Assembly (NCBI GenBank): GCA_007376385.1
Contig: VMGC01000004.1
Span: forward strand, 1-64,000
Direction: 5' to 3'
From: Parcubacteria group bacterium Gr01-1014_8
GTDB lineage: Bacteria; Patescibacteriota; Minisyncoccia; Phycocordibacterales; UBA2100
DNA length: 64,000 nucleotides
Both the position numbers and the translations under genes were made by a program. The notes under the pieces are model-generated. The model made no database searches, had not been told where the DNA came from, and was given only the letters and a program-made list of their open reading frames with translations. Shown here one piece after another: positions 1 through 9,725 of the stretch; position 1 is the stretch's first letter, and each line of letters begins with the position of its first letter.

Positions 1-312
1 CGCCATGCCCGAGCGGATAGAATTGTCGCCCCGCCACCTGCCCGAATACTTGGAGGGCAGAACACCAAAGAAAAATGTCCTTTCCTTTTTAGAAGAAATC
101 GGTCGCGCGCAAATCCGAAAAGCAAGGAACATTTTTCTTTGGTGTCCGCCGAGTCCGCGAGGCGGTGGCGGGGCGTCATCATTCGTGGGGGTTCTCCGCA
201 AAATGGGTTCTAACTTTTTTAAACAAACACCACAAAATTTGATTTGACCATTCGCGCGCTCGAGGCGGGTGATCTGTTTACTCTTTTTTACAGAACGTTG
301 TAAACTTGGCAT

Positions 313-1134
313 ATGTCAGATAGTTTAAAGCCATCACGCAGAGACGTACTTCGATTAGGGGGTGCTGCAGCAGGCGCGGCCGCACTCGGGATTCGTCTCG
401 AAAATGTTTTAGCGCAAGAAAGCGTAAAACCTGAGTTTGAAAAAAGATTGCTCGAAAGGTTGCCGAAGGCAGTTGCCCAAATTGACGCTTCGTATGCTGC
501 AGTCGCAAAATCGGGCAGTAGGGATGCTTTGACTGCGGGTATTTCAAATAGTGAACAAGATCGACTCGAAAAACTTATTATTCCTGACGATGAAAAATTC
601 GCCTACGAAAGACCATTGCCGCACGGATATGGTGGAGATGGGCGACTTCCAGTAGGTGGTAGAAAGTCATTTGAAGATAGGTCTAGGGCACTCCTTTCAT
701 ACTTGAGCACTACGGAGCGTGATGCGTCAACCTCAGACATTCAGCATGATTTGGTAGTCAAATTGCGAGAAAAAGTTGTGGAAATCGTATCAAAACAAAA
801 AGAGAATCAAACTACCGGCTGGGGTATTTATTTGGATTACAAAAAATCTGTAGAGAAATACTTTCAAGATAGAAATGGAGAAGTTTCCTTGCGTGCAGCT
901 CGTGCATTTCAAGACAGGGTTAGTGGAGCGGGGGAAACAGTGAAGCCCTCGTCTCAAGTTGCCGTTCAAGCATCATTCGAACAGGTGAGCGCAAACGCTA
1001 TAAGACTCGCAAAACACAATGATACTGTGGTGAATTGGCTGCCCTCTGCATTTCCTCCGATTGAAGAAGCCATCTTGAAACTGGTCGGTTTCGAAGGAAA
1101 ATACAGAGAAGGTCATTTTTTCAACGTGAGATAG
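313..1134 (+). CDS. secreted hypothetical protein with twin-arginine (Tat) signal peptide
   Basis: N-terminus SRRDVLRLGGAAAGAAAL fits the Tat motif (S/T-RR-x-F/L-L-K) followed by a hydrophobic h-region; no recognizable catalytic motif. Confidence 0.5.
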   Translation: MSDSLKPSRRDVLRLGGAAAGAAALGIRLENVLAQESVKPEFEKRLLERLPKAVAQIDASYAAVAKSGSRDALTAGISNSEQDRLEKLIIPDDEKFAYERPLPHGYGGDGRLPVGGRKSFEDRSRALLSYLSTTERDASTSDIQHDLVVKLREKVVEIVSKQKENQTTGWGIYLDYKKSVEKYFQDRNGEVSLRAARAFQDRVSGAGETVKPSSQVAVQASFEQVSANAIRLAKHNDTVVNWLPSAFPPIEEAILKLVGFEGKYREGHFFNVR

Positions 1135-1279
1135 TTGTTTCGCTCGAGATATAAAAAGTAATTGACTCAGAATACAGAAAATTTTTGTGAAAATAAGTTC
1201 CGAAGCCAAATCCGGCCAAGATAAAGGGTTATGATCACTTATGTTACGATTCAAATATATCTGAAGCTGAAACCCCGAT

Positions 1280-2434
1280 ATGTCTGAAGCGCTAACTACG
1301 GATATCTATAGGCAAAAAGCTACATTGTCTGATGCCGAAGTCGAGCAAATTTCCAGCGCATTGGCAGCAGAAATAGGAATTGAATCAGCCAAAGAAAAAA
1401 TGGCGGCGGCGCGCGATGCAATAGTACTGGTCAAGCGTGCAATTTCAGAGGGAAAAAAGATGAACACGACTGCCTTTGAGACGGCAAGCTTAGAGTCAAT
1501 GCATGAAAGCTGGAAACAGCGGCGAGCCGTAGATAGTACGGCAACCACCGAAGGTATTAAGGAACGCATGGTGTCTCTTAGGGACCTGCCAAAGGACCAA
1601 GAAGACGCATATCTTGCTCGACTAAGGAGTGCGATCAAGCATGTGGAGACACATATTCAGAAAATCCCTTGGCACGGAGATGCATTCAAAAAACCACTGA
1701 ACGAATTTTTAAAGGGATGGGAGGGACGCGAGGGATACCTTGGTGCAATGGTCTGTGGTAGTTATGGCGCCGGTCTGCAGAATAAATTTTCGGATATCGA
1801 TGTGTATGTCATATTGAGCGAGAAAACAGACTGGAAGGAGCGTGGAGACAAAAAGTTCGGTGATTTTCTGGTGGAATATAACGCACACCCCATACCGTAT
1901 ATTCGGGATCTGATCGAGCAGGACAAAAAAGCGGGCAAGCGGCATTGCTGCAGAAAAGTTGCAACAGGACTGATTCTCTCGGATCCGACCGGCCAAATTC
2001 GCGCCCTTCAAGATGACGCTAAAAAGCAGATGCTTGAATCGCTTCCACGGAATTCTGATCCTGAGTGGGTTGAAATGAGTAAATATTACATGTGGGACCA
2101 AATCGACAATCTTCGCGACATGGCGGAAAGACGCGACCCGGGATTTGCGTACGCTTATTTTGCGGGCGTCGTAAATATCGTTGATTACTTCAGCAAGTTT
2201 CTGGGTGCGGAAGTCCCGCGGCCGGTTCGGGCGTATCAATTCTTTTCCAGCGAAGATTTCCGGCGATCGTACAGTATTGATTCGTTTCCAGATCAGCCTT
2301 TTGCGGAGCTTGTGTTGGAATGCATGAAAGGCGCTGAGATTTCCCGAGTAAATACGTTGACCGAATATGTTACGGAGAAGATGGGCGGTCTCAATATCGA
2401 CGGATGGACGCTGCAAACCCCGTTAGCAAAATGA
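1280..2434 (+). CDS. Pol-beta superfamily nucleotidyltransferase (ANT/KNTase-like) with ~140-aa N-terminal extension
   Basis: Minimal NTase motif GSYGAGLQNKFSDIDVYVIL (GS-x9-13-DhDh); the C-terminal helical region resembles the KNTase/ANT C-domain; the N-terminal 140 aa is predicted helical. Confidence 0.6.
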   Translation: MSEALTTDIYRQKATLSDAEVEQISSALAAEIGIESAKEKMAAARDAIVLVKRAISEGKKMNTTAFETASLESMHESWKQRRAVDSTATTEGIKERMVSLRDLPKDQEDAYLARLRSAIKHVETHIQKIPWHGDAFKKPLNEFLKGWEGREGYLGAMVCGSYGAGLQNKFSDIDVYVILSEKTDWKERGDKKFGDFLVEYNAHPIPYIRDLIEQDKKAGKRHCCRKVATGLILSDPTGQIRALQDDAKKQMLESLPRNSDPEWVEMSKYYMWDQIDNLRDMAERRDPGFAYAYFAGVVNIVDYFSKFLGAEVPRPVRAYQFFSSEDFRRSYSIDSFPDQPFAELVLECMKGAEISRVNTLTEYVTEKMGGLNIDGWTLQTPLAK

Positions 2435-2438
2435 ATCG

Positions 2439-3077
2439 CTAGGGAAGGGGAGGCAGCTGATCCTTCCACTTCGCATAAAATTCTTCTTTGGAGATCTTGT
2501 ATACGTACTCATCGTACGCCACTCCATCTACCACGCGGGCTGCATTGTGTTTTTCGATCAGCGTATATCCGACGTGTTCAAGCAGTTTCTGACTCGCGAC
2601 GTTCGGGTCTATGGAATGTCCAAGAACCCAATTAATGCCCAATTTTGAGAACCCATAATGCAGTTGTAGGATCCGAGCTTCGGAGGCGATCCCTTTTTTC
2701 CAATACGCTTTGTCTCCGATAACGGCACCTCCGTTCGCACCGCCAGTCGCAGGGTCTATATCGCGGAAACTTACGACACCGATAAACTTGAATTTATCTC
2801 CGTTTTCTTTGGCGAAAACGCTAAAGACCTTCGCGGTCACGTCGTGTGCAGAACGCTGAAGCCAAGCTTTTTGATGTTCAAGTGTTACTGGCGGGCGCGT
2901 TCGCAAATAGCGGTTAACTTCTGGGTCATTCAAATATGTCACATGCGAAGGAAGGAGGCGTTCTTCCATTTCGCAAAGAGCTGTCCGCTGGCCTTCAGCC
3001 AGGATGTTCAATCCAGAGCGACTTTCAAAAGTGCTTTCCTGCGGCGTATTTTCGGGTTCTGGATTTTCAGCTGACAT
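2439..3077 (-). CDS. GNAT family N-acetyltransferase (RimJ/RimL-like)
   Basis: YLNDPEVNRYL...PVTLEHQKAWL matches the N-terminal signature of the RimL/Acetyltransf_3 class; 212 aa. Confidence 0.6.
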   Translation of the reverse strand: MSAENPEPENTPQESTFESRSGLNILAEGQRTALCEMEERLLPSHVTYLNDPEVNRYLRTRPPVTLEHQKAWLQRSAHDVTAKVFSVFAKENGDKFKFIGVVSFRDIDPATGGANGGAVIGDKAYWKKGIASEARILQLHYGFSKLGINWVLGHSIDPNVASQKLLEHVGYTLIEKHNAARVVDGVAYDEYVYKISKEEFYAKWKDQLPPLP

Positions 3078-3090
3078 ATACTTCGAGAAT

Positions 3091-3312
3091 TTAGGCTAGA
3101 AATTTCGCGATGGGTTTCGACCGGGACGCATCCGCCAGCTCAATTTCGTCGGTTTTGTGCTCTTTGAGAATAAGCCGTGAACATTCCAGAAATGCTGGCT
3201 GTTGATCCAGCGTGAGGAACCAGTGCTTATACGCTTTCCCGAAGTTCGCCTTTCGGTCCACGGATCTATCCAAGTGGCCGCAGGGAGCATGGGAGTGATA
3301 TATGCTGGACAT
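3091..3312 (-). CDS. small hypothetical protein (73 aa)
   Basis: ORF only; contains HSHAPCGH, a possible metal-binding motif; lies between two convergent or divergent genes. Confidence 0.3.
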   Translation of the reverse strand: MSSIYHSHAPCGHLDRSVDRKANFGKAYKHWFLTLDQQPAFLECSRLILKEHKTDEIELADASRSKPIAKFLA

Positions 3313-3489
3313 GACATGATTATACTAAATCAAAGTAGATTTTCTCCTGCATCCCCATGGCGAAGCGATGGTAAATAGCTCAGCCGATTTGCGGATGATA
3401 ATCCCGCAAACGAGTTTTAAGACGTTATAAATTGTGCCCGCACAGAAAGCATGCGATAGTTTTAGTACTTAGGAAAATCATTTTTTCTC

Positions 3490-5049
3490 ATGTCCATCAC
3501 AATTGCTGCATCGTTGTTACAAGCCGCACTCATGTTGCTGACTCTCGTTCAGTCGACGCCTGATCTGCCGCAATCCGCGAGGGATAATGCCATACAAGTT
3601 ACCGAACACGCGATTCGGGAGGCGACCATCGCGCTTACCCGGCTTGGTGCCGCACGGCCAGCCACTGCTGGAGCGGCAACGCTTTCTATAACGAACATGG
3701 CTCTTGCTACACCGCCGGGGATGACCATGACCCTGCAATACAGCAACATGCCGCGGGCAGGAGTCCGCATCATTAATACCGCTGGCGTTGTCGTATGGAC
3801 CCAGGAATTGACCCAGACGGGCGCAGGCACGTTGAATATGCCGCTCCCTATCACGTTGCCGGAGGGGAGCTACACGGCGCAAGCGTTTGGAACAGACAAC
3901 TCTATATACACGACGAGTCAGCCGTATTATTTTGCCGGTAACGTGCCAGCAAGCATAGCGTATAACAATCAATCGCAGTCGTCTGTCGTTGCGGTCTACA
4001 CAAACCTTCCGGCTGGAGTCCACGTCAATCTCCTCTGGAAAAATCCTCAAGGGCAATGGCTCCAAGTAGGAGAGTCCAACATTGCTCCAAACGGAGGCAG
4101 TGGTACGGTCAGCGTGCAAATTACCTTGGTTGACCCTCTTACCGGAAAAGTTCCCCTTGGTTCCTATAAATTTCGAATTCAAAAAACGAGCGACATAACC
4201 TGGTCTCTCGAAAGTGCGCCTTTTGCCTTCATCGGCGGACCGAGGACGGGACTCTGGTGTGATATCACATCGAATAAAGCGAATGTAGTTGCAGGAGAAC
4301 AGTTCATTCTGACATGGACCGGAAGCCAGGAGATCAAGGAACCGGTCATGCATCGGCATATAACCGGAGGCGGCAAGGTACTCGTCTCGCAAAACGGTTC
4401 GATGAGTATGACAGCAGAAAGCGGACCTAAAATAATCTGGTTCACGATTGGTAGTGGCGGACTGACAGGTACGCCCAACGAGATCTGCTCCGTAAAGATG
4501 AATATTGTTTCCTCAACAATGGCTGCTCCGACAGTTTCCATGGAAGCATCTCCTTCAACGCTTGGCGCGGCCCAAACTGCCATGCTGACCTGGAGTTCAA
4601 CCTACGCGAATCGCTGCACTCTTCAATACGATGGTAAAGAAGATATCGTCTCATTGAGCGGCTCAAGGACGGTGACGCCGACACATACAACGGCGTACCG
4701 TTTCGTCTGCACGAATGATCCTGGCTCTGGGAGAGACGGACCTTCTGCAGAAACAACGGCAGTGATAACCATTGCCGCGCCGACGTGTACGCTCACCACA
4801 GACAAAAGTTCGTATAAACTCGGCGAAGCCATCGTGCTTCAGTGGGCAAGCCAAAATGCGACATACGCATCGTTCTGGCAGGACACATCCGGCAGGGATC
4901 ATCTGCTGCTCCCTGGCGACAAATTATCGGCAAGCGGCATGCATACCATCACGGCGAGTGTCCTTGGCAATCCGCCAGTCACTCTCCTTATCTACAATTA
5001 CTTCAACAATAACGCCTGCAGTGTAGTCATCCCGGTCACTCAAAACTAG
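3490..5049 (+). CDS. secreted hypothetical protein (519 aa), beta-rich, Ig-like-repeat appearance
   Basis: N-terminal signal peptide MSITIAASLLQAALMLLTLVQS; Thr/Ser/Gly-rich repeated segments; no catalytic motif recognized. Confidence 0.5.
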   Translation: MSITIAASLLQAALMLLTLVQSTPDLPQSARDNAIQVTEHAIREATIALTRLGAARPATAGAATLSITNMALATPPGMTMTLQYSNMPRAGVRIINTAGVVVWTQELTQTGAGTLNMPLPITLPEGSYTAQAFGTDNSIYTTSQPYYFAGNVPASIAYNNQSQSSVVAVYTNLPAGVHVNLLWKNPQGQWLQVGESNIAPNGGSGTVSVQITLVDPLTGKVPLGSYKFRIQKTSDITWSLESAPFAFIGGPRTGLWCDITSNKANVVAGEQFILTWTGSQEIKEPVMHRHITGGGKVLVSQNGSMSMTAESGPKIIWFTIGSGGLTGTPNEICSVKMNIVSSTMAAPTVSMEASPSTLGAAQTAMLTWSSTYANRCTLQYDGKEDIVSLSGSRTVTPTHTTAYRFVCTNDPGSGRDGPSAETTAVITIAAPTCTLTTDKSSYKLGEAIVLQWASQNATYASFWQDTSGRDHLLLPGDKLSASGMHTITASVLGNPPVTLLIYNYFNNNACSVVIPVTQN

Positions 5050-5210
5050 AGCATGTTTGAAAACCTCCCCCTGCCTGGAAACCGTTCATTTTCTGCTCGA
5101 CATTTCGTCCCGCATTCGCCGTAACCGCTACGCTTCGTGCTCCGCCTCATGTCTCACGACGAAAATGAACGGTTTCGGCTCGGCTACCACGGGTTTTCAA
5201 ACATGCTCTA
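5047..5210. other. long imperfect hairpin (~165 nt) immediately downstream of the 3490..5049 CDS
   Basis: Outer arms tagagcatgtttgaaaac (5047-5064) and gttttcaaacatgctcta (5193-5210) are perfect reverse complements; inner arms ggaaaccgttcattttc (5079-5095) and gaaaatgaacggtttc (5163-5178) also pair. Confidence 0.45.
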
Positions 5211-5333
5211 GCTGCGGCGCGCCGGTCTATTGTGGTATAGTGGTACATTTGACGGTATGCGAAAGATGGCATTCATTTCCGTTGTTATAGGCCTCTCGTT
5301 TGTCGCATCTCCCGCACTGTACTAAAACCGGAT

Positions 5334-5537
5334 ATGCCGAATGATACCGTGCGGCTCGATGCGCTTGAGAAGAAAATCGACGCAATCTATGTGTCCGTCG
5401 AAAAGACGCGCAAATATTTGCTGGTAACCGCAGTTGTAACGCTGGCGCTCATCGTTCTTCCCGCACTCGGTCTTGTATTTGCTATCCCGTCATTTATGTC
5501 TACTTACGGCAGCATGATGGACGAACTTCAGATCTGA
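5334..5537 (+). CDS. small membrane protein (67 aa)
   Basis: Single predicted TM segment LLVTAVVTLALIVLPALGLVFAI; ORF only. Confidence 0.3.
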   Translation: MPNDTVRLDALEKKIDAIYVSVEKTRKYLLVTAVVTLALIVLPALGLVFAIPSFMSTYGSMMDELQI

Positions 5538-5542
5538 ATTGC

Positions 5543-6097
5543 ATGAGTTCTGCCCGCATCGTCCAAAAAGCCGAGGAGTACGCGACAGAAGCGCACGCCG
5601 GGCAATTTCTGAAAAATAAAAGCGCCGAGTCTTTTATCGAACATCCGAGGCGCGTCGTGAAGCTCGTCGAGATATCAGTCGCGACGGACGACGAACTCGC
5701 CGCAGCGTGGCTGCATGACATCGTAGAAGATACGCCGGTAACCCTTGAAGATATTGAAAGAGAATTTGGCGCAGTAATAACCGAGATGGTTGACGGCCTT
5801 ACCGACCCGCCGCATTTTGCGGGCAATCCCAACGACATCCGAAAAAAATGGCAGGCAGAGAGAGTGAAAGATAAGGGCAAGAGCGTAAAGCGCATCAAGG
5901 TCGCGGACCAGACGGTGAATTCCGCTATGATGGGTTTTGACCCCCCAATCGGATGGTCGCCGGAGCACAGGCGCATATACGTCGAAGGAGCGCGCTGGAT
6001 CGCAGAGGAATGCATCGGGGTTAGCGAGTACCTAGACCGCCTCTTCGCCGAAACATACGAAAAGGTCATTAAGGCGATTGAGGCCGACGAAGCCTAG
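5543..6097 (+). CDS. HD-domain protein, small (p)ppGpp hydrolase-like (RelA/SpoT N-terminal HD fold)
   Basis: EAHAGQ...IEHPRRV...AAWLHDIVEDT...IEREFGAVITEMVDGLTD reproduces the conserved HD_4 / SpoT hydrolase motif order (H...HD...D). Confidence 0.65.
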   Translation: MSSARIVQKAEEYATEAHAGQFLKNKSAESFIEHPRRVVKLVEISVATDDELAAAWLHDIVEDTPVTLEDIEREFGAVITEMVDGLTDPPHFAGNPNDIRKKWQAERVKDKGKSVKRIKVADQTVNSAMMGFDPPIGWSPEHRRIYVEGARWIAEECIGVSEYLDRLFAETYEKVIKAIEADEA

Positions 6098-6112
6098 TGC
6101 TATCCTTCGTAC

Positions 6113-6790
6113 ATGAACTTCGGAAAACCGCTCGATGTACGTCCGTCGCAAGACAACGCGCGGCCGTCCGTCGATGTAGATGGGATTAAATTTTTCAATC
6201 AAAAACAAGGCACCGTATCAGCGGAAGAGGCGAGTGCCATTCAAATAACGCCGGCGGCATTGCAGGCAAGCGCTCGGCTTTTCCGCAATCTCACACCGGA
6301 TACCAAGGTGCAAACGTTCAATGGCAGGCTGACAGACCCCCTCAAGGTGTTCGAGTTTGCAAAAAAGAAAATTCAAACTCTGATTGACAGCGGCAAAGAC
6401 GTTCCGTGGCTCGCTGTCGGACATGCGGGCGACGCTGTTGCGATGATACCCATGGTTGCATTTCCCGGCGACAAGCGAGCATTGGGCATAGAACATGAGA
6501 AATTGGGAACCTCGCGCATCGTAGAGATAACGGATGACAACAGAGAATTTCTTGCGGAAGAAGACACGGATAGCGGCAGGCCAAATGCATTCAAGGCGCT
6601 GGTCATGAAAATGGAGCCTCCGCAAACGGACCAGTTTGTAGCGATCCTAAGAAAGCGCGGAGGGGTCATTGAGCTCGCGCAAGTATTTTCTGGCATGCTG
6701 ACGCCGCCTATCCCAAATGCTACGCACGCCCCCGAAGTCTTCCGGTCCTACGCAGCTTGGTGGGAAAAACATGCTGTAGTGACCCAGTAA
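6113..6790 (+). CDS. hypothetical protein (225 aa)
   Basis: ORF with no recognized motif; sits in-line between the HD protein and the SemiSWEET gene. Confidence 0.4.
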   Translation: MNFGKPLDVRPSQDNARPSVDVDGIKFFNQKQGTVSAEEASAIQITPAALQASARLFRNLTPDTKVQTFNGRLTDPLKVFEFAKKKIQTLIDSGKDVPWLAVGHAGDAVAMIPMVAFPGDKRALGIEHEKLGTSRIVEITDDNREFLAEEDTDSGRPNAFKALVMKMEPPQTDQFVAILRKRGGVIELAQVFSGMLTPPIPNATHAPEVFRSYAAWWEKHAVVTQ

Positions 6791-6912
6791 TCTGGTACCA
6801 TAGGCATGCAATGCACGGAGGACTCCATCATCTCCACGCGCGTAAGAGGCTCTACAAGCACTTGAGCCCGTATCCGCATCCGACCCGTTGGAAGCGGCTG
6901 TTTGATTACGTA

Positions 6913-7146
6913 ATGTATGGAGTTGCCATTCTGTCTCCAGCTTCTCTCTTACCGCAGCTTCATATGCTGTATACGTTCCAAGATGCCGCAGGCCTCTCGC
7001 TTACGACATGGCTCCTCGGCAATATAATAAATTTGTTGTGGTTGGCGTATGGTTTGATCCATCGCGACATACCTCTCATGGTTTCGGGACTCATCCTTGC
7101 GATCCTCAACATACTAATGGTGTACGGAATAATAGCGTACAGCTAA
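6913..7146 (+). CDS. SemiSWEET / PQ-loop (MtN3-like) small sugar transporter
   Basis: 77 aa with three predicted TM helices and the PQ motif (SLLPQLHMLY) in TM1. The longer ORF 6757..7146 begins inside the previous gene, so the internal Met at 6913 is preferred. Confidence 0.55.
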   Translation: MYGVAILSPASLLPQLHMLYTFQDAAGLSLTTWLLGNIINLLWLAYGLIHRDIPLMVSGLILAILNILMVYGIIAYS

Positions 7147-7341
7147 GTAGTCTTTTAAGGAGTTTTTATTGGCGTGCAATACCCCGTGGAGTCGGTACTC
7201 CGACCCTCGGGGATGCACACCAAACCCGAATGGGCGGTGGCCCATTCCTATTCCAACACAAAATGCAAAAGTACTCTTTTGCGTTTCCGAGCCGAGGAGC
7301 AAACACAGGTTTAATACCTCGGAGCTTGTTCCGAGGAACCT

Positions 7342-9039
7342 TTATTCGGTTGCAGGTGCAGGTACGTTTGCTGGTGGCGGCGGAGAAGGTTCCGGTTCGG
7401 GTGGTGGTTCTACCGGCGTCTCTGGAGGTGGAGGTGGGACGTCTACAGGGGCGGGAGGTTCTGTTGCAGGAGCCGTCTCTGGCGTGACTTCTGGCACATC
7501 AGACGGCACCGGCGCGGATCCGTCATGTGCAGCATCCGATTGATCTGATTCTTCGGGGGAAGTCGAATCCGTCGCAGGATCGCTATCCTCCGCTGGTGCG
7601 TCTGGTTCGACTGTAGCGTCCAGCTCCGTCTGCTCGGACGTGTCGGCAGAATCCTCGTCTTCGGGGAGCGTGGAATCCTCATCTCTCGGTACATCGGCAG
7701 TTTCTTCTGGAGACGAATTTTCGGCTGGCTCTGCTGCACCGTTCTCTTCCGTGGCGGATCCCGACGCAGTCGCGGCAGGCGCTGCAGACGCGCTGCCTCC
7801 GCCACTGTTCGTTGGCGGTGCCGCATCAGTCGTTTCAGTCGTCGTTGCTTGTTCCGCTTCACTCTCCTCATCCGCGGCGCCCAATACTTCTGGCTGCGGC
7901 TCGCCGAAGGCTTCGGCGGAGGCGGCTTCTGGTTCCGGGTCAGGAATGTTGGGTGTGCCTGGCGTCGGTATCGGGTCCACCCACGTGCCTGTTCCATCTG
8001 GAATACGCGCGTACGACTTGTTTGGCGCGATCGCAGTCCCTGGGCAACTGCCCGCCGATGGAGTTGATGTTGCGTTTGTGCTTCCAGGTGTCAACTCATT
8101 CTCGCAAAAGTCACTGGGGTTGTCGTACGTGTGCGAGTCGACGAGGACGTTCGTATCGGTATAGAGAAAGATGCTATCACCGGTGTTATTGAGAACTGGC
8201 TTGTTGAAGTACACCACAAGCCATCCGTGTGCAGGGATGGTTGTCGTCGCGGGCTGTGTGTTTGTTGATCCTATAACTGCCTGCGTATTTCCAGCCCCGC
8301 CACTTTCATCCGCAAGATACCAATCGACAATATCTATAGCAACGTCGCCCTTGTTGTACAGTTCAACCCATTCGCCGTCCGGCATGTTTGAAGCATCATT
8401 TCCGAAGTCATATCCGTTCGCAGTATCGTCCGGATTCGGCAGGAATTCGTTCAGCACAATATCAAAGACGCTCGCGGTTGCTTGATAGGTGATGACAAGA
8501 TGCACGCGCTCTTCGTCTGTGTAGCCGGTGTTCTCTGGCGCTCCTTCATACCATCCGCGGTAAATGAGGTCAGCGTTGCAGATATCGCTGTTCGCGAAGC
8601 CCGTCGTCGTTGCAAGCGTGAGTCCGACGTTCCATACGCCCGTCGTTGTGGTTGGGGTCGTGTTAAGAGCTATGAGCCCTCCGGAATAAACAAATGGGGA
8701 AGTTGTCGCAACGACATTAAGTGCATTGCATAGCGCTGTTACTCCGCCTGTTTGTTCTGCAGTCACTCGATACTTTGTGGTGAAGCTCCCGGCTTCCGGC
8801 GTCATGACAGGAATGATGAGGGGAGTCGTTGTCGCTGTTATCGTTCGCGCGTATGTGTCATCTGCGACAAGAAAATCAAGAAGTCCCGCGCCAAAGAAGT
8901 TTCCGATCGAAATTTCTGTATCTCGCAAATATGAAAGCGTCTGTCCAATACCACCGTATGACATTCCGAAAGAAGATGCAAAGAGCATACATGAAAGCGC
9001 AAGAACTGTTGCCTTATGCGCAAAGGATGGCTTCCACAT
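7342..9039 (-). CDS. secreted lamin-tail-domain (LTD) protein with long acidic Pro/Ser/Thr/Glu-rich C-terminal tail
   Basis: Signal peptide MWKPSFAHKATVLALSCMLFASS at the internal Met (start 9039). LTD signature region DGEWVELYNKGDVAIDIVDWYLAD...GWLVVYF. The last ~200 aa are low-complexity (PEPEP, PPPPPETPVEPPPEPEPSPPPP). Confidence 0.7.
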   Translation of the reverse strand: MWKPSFAHKATVLALSCMLFASSFGMSYGGIGQTLSYLRDTEISIGNFFGAGLLDFLVADDTYARTITATTTPLIIPVMTPEAGSFTTKYRVTAEQTGGVTALCNALNVVATTSPFVYSGGLIALNTTPTTTTGVWNVGLTLATTTGFANSDICNADLIYRGWYEGAPENTGYTDEERVHLVITYQATASVFDIVLNEFLPNPDDTANGYDFGNDASNMPDGEWVELYNKGDVAIDIVDWYLADESGGAGNTQAVIGSTNTQPATTTIPAHGWLVVYFNKPVLNNTGDSIFLYTDTNVLVDSHTYDNPSDFCENELTPGSTNATSTPSAGSCPGTAIAPNKSYARIPDGTGTWVDPIPTPGTPNIPDPEPEAASAEAFGEPQPEVLGAADEESEAEQATTTETTDAAPPTNSGGGSASAAPAATASGSATEENGAAEPAENSSPEETADVPRDEDSTLPEDEDSADTSEQTELDATVEPDAPAEDSDPATDSTSPEESDQSDAAHDGSAPVPSDVPEVTPETAPATEPPAPVDVPPPPPETPVEPPPEPEPSPPPPANVPAPATE

Positions 9040-9155
9040 TTTTACTTTTTGTACCGGTTTGCCGAGAGCAGTAGGAAGCGCCAAGACGTGTCTCGACAAT
9101 GGAAACTTCTCGACGGTGCCGTCTACTGTCGGTATCCGTATATAGGTCATGTCGC

Positions 9156-9722
9156 TCATGGTTGTCGTAGGTCGAGCGTCGGAGTCGAACGGTTTGGCGG
9201 CGTGCCGGGATCCTTTCGTCTGCGAAGTGCAGTGACCTCGCGGCCGATGCGTATCACTTCGTCAACGATAATGATGGCAGCAGGAATTGCTATCATCAGC
9301 GTGAATCCGAGCGGTTTCTTTGCGAAATCAAGCACATATCCCGCATAGGGGATAGAGAACAGAACGCGTCCCTCGACATCCTGCGCAGCAATACGCACGC
9401 CATCCGCTTCCTCGTTCGCGTCGCCTTTGGTTTTATAAAACACTTGACTGCCCTCTGTTTGTATCTCGACAATTCGGTGCGTTGTAGGTATCTGCGCGCC
9501 CGTGCCTTCGCCGAACGTAATAACATCGCCAACGGCGTATGTTGATTGCGGTTTGAGGACGACGACGGAACCGGTCAATATCGCAGGCTCCATCGAACCG
9601 CTTTTAACTATCTTTATCTGCACGTTCCCCGGGATTGGGAGAAGTGATGCAAGGAAAAGGCCAGCAACCCCCAAGAGAAGGAGGACGAATACTGCATAGA
9701 AAAGTTTGCTAACGATCGTCAT
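9156..9722 (-). CDS. sipW: signal peptidase I, archaeal/eukaryal type (S26B, SipW-like)
   Basis: N-terminal TM anchor then SGSMEP catalytic-Ser box and GDVITF; 188 aa; SipW architecture. Directly downstream of four SipW-cognate-signal proteins. Confidence 0.75.
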   Translation of the reverse strand: MTIVSKLFYAVFVLLLLGVAGLFLASLLPIPGNVQIKIVKSGSMEPAILTGSVVVLKPQSTYAVGDVITFGEGTGAQIPTTHRIVEIQTEGSQVFYKTKGDANEEADGVRIAAQDVEGRVLFSIPYAGYVLDFAKKPLGFTLMIAIPAAIIIVDEVIRIGREVTALRRRKDPGTPPNRSTPTLDLRQP

Positions 9723-9725
9723 AGT

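Noticed and set aside
1280-2434. Possible CBASS cyclase (CD-NTase)
   Set aside because: The GS...DxD motif is generic to the Pol-beta superfamily. The C-terminal domain looks KNTase-like rather than cGAS/DncV-like. No effector, E1/E2 or HORMA/TRIP13 partner gene is adjacent.
7169-8192. Long plus-strand ORFs (Gly-rich 124 aa, 174 aa, 126 aa) antisense to the LTD gene
   Set aside because: They arise from the GC-rich, repetitive Pro/Glu-coding tail of the minus-strand gene. Their composition is non-protein-like (poly-Gly/Ser/Ala) and there is no independent support.
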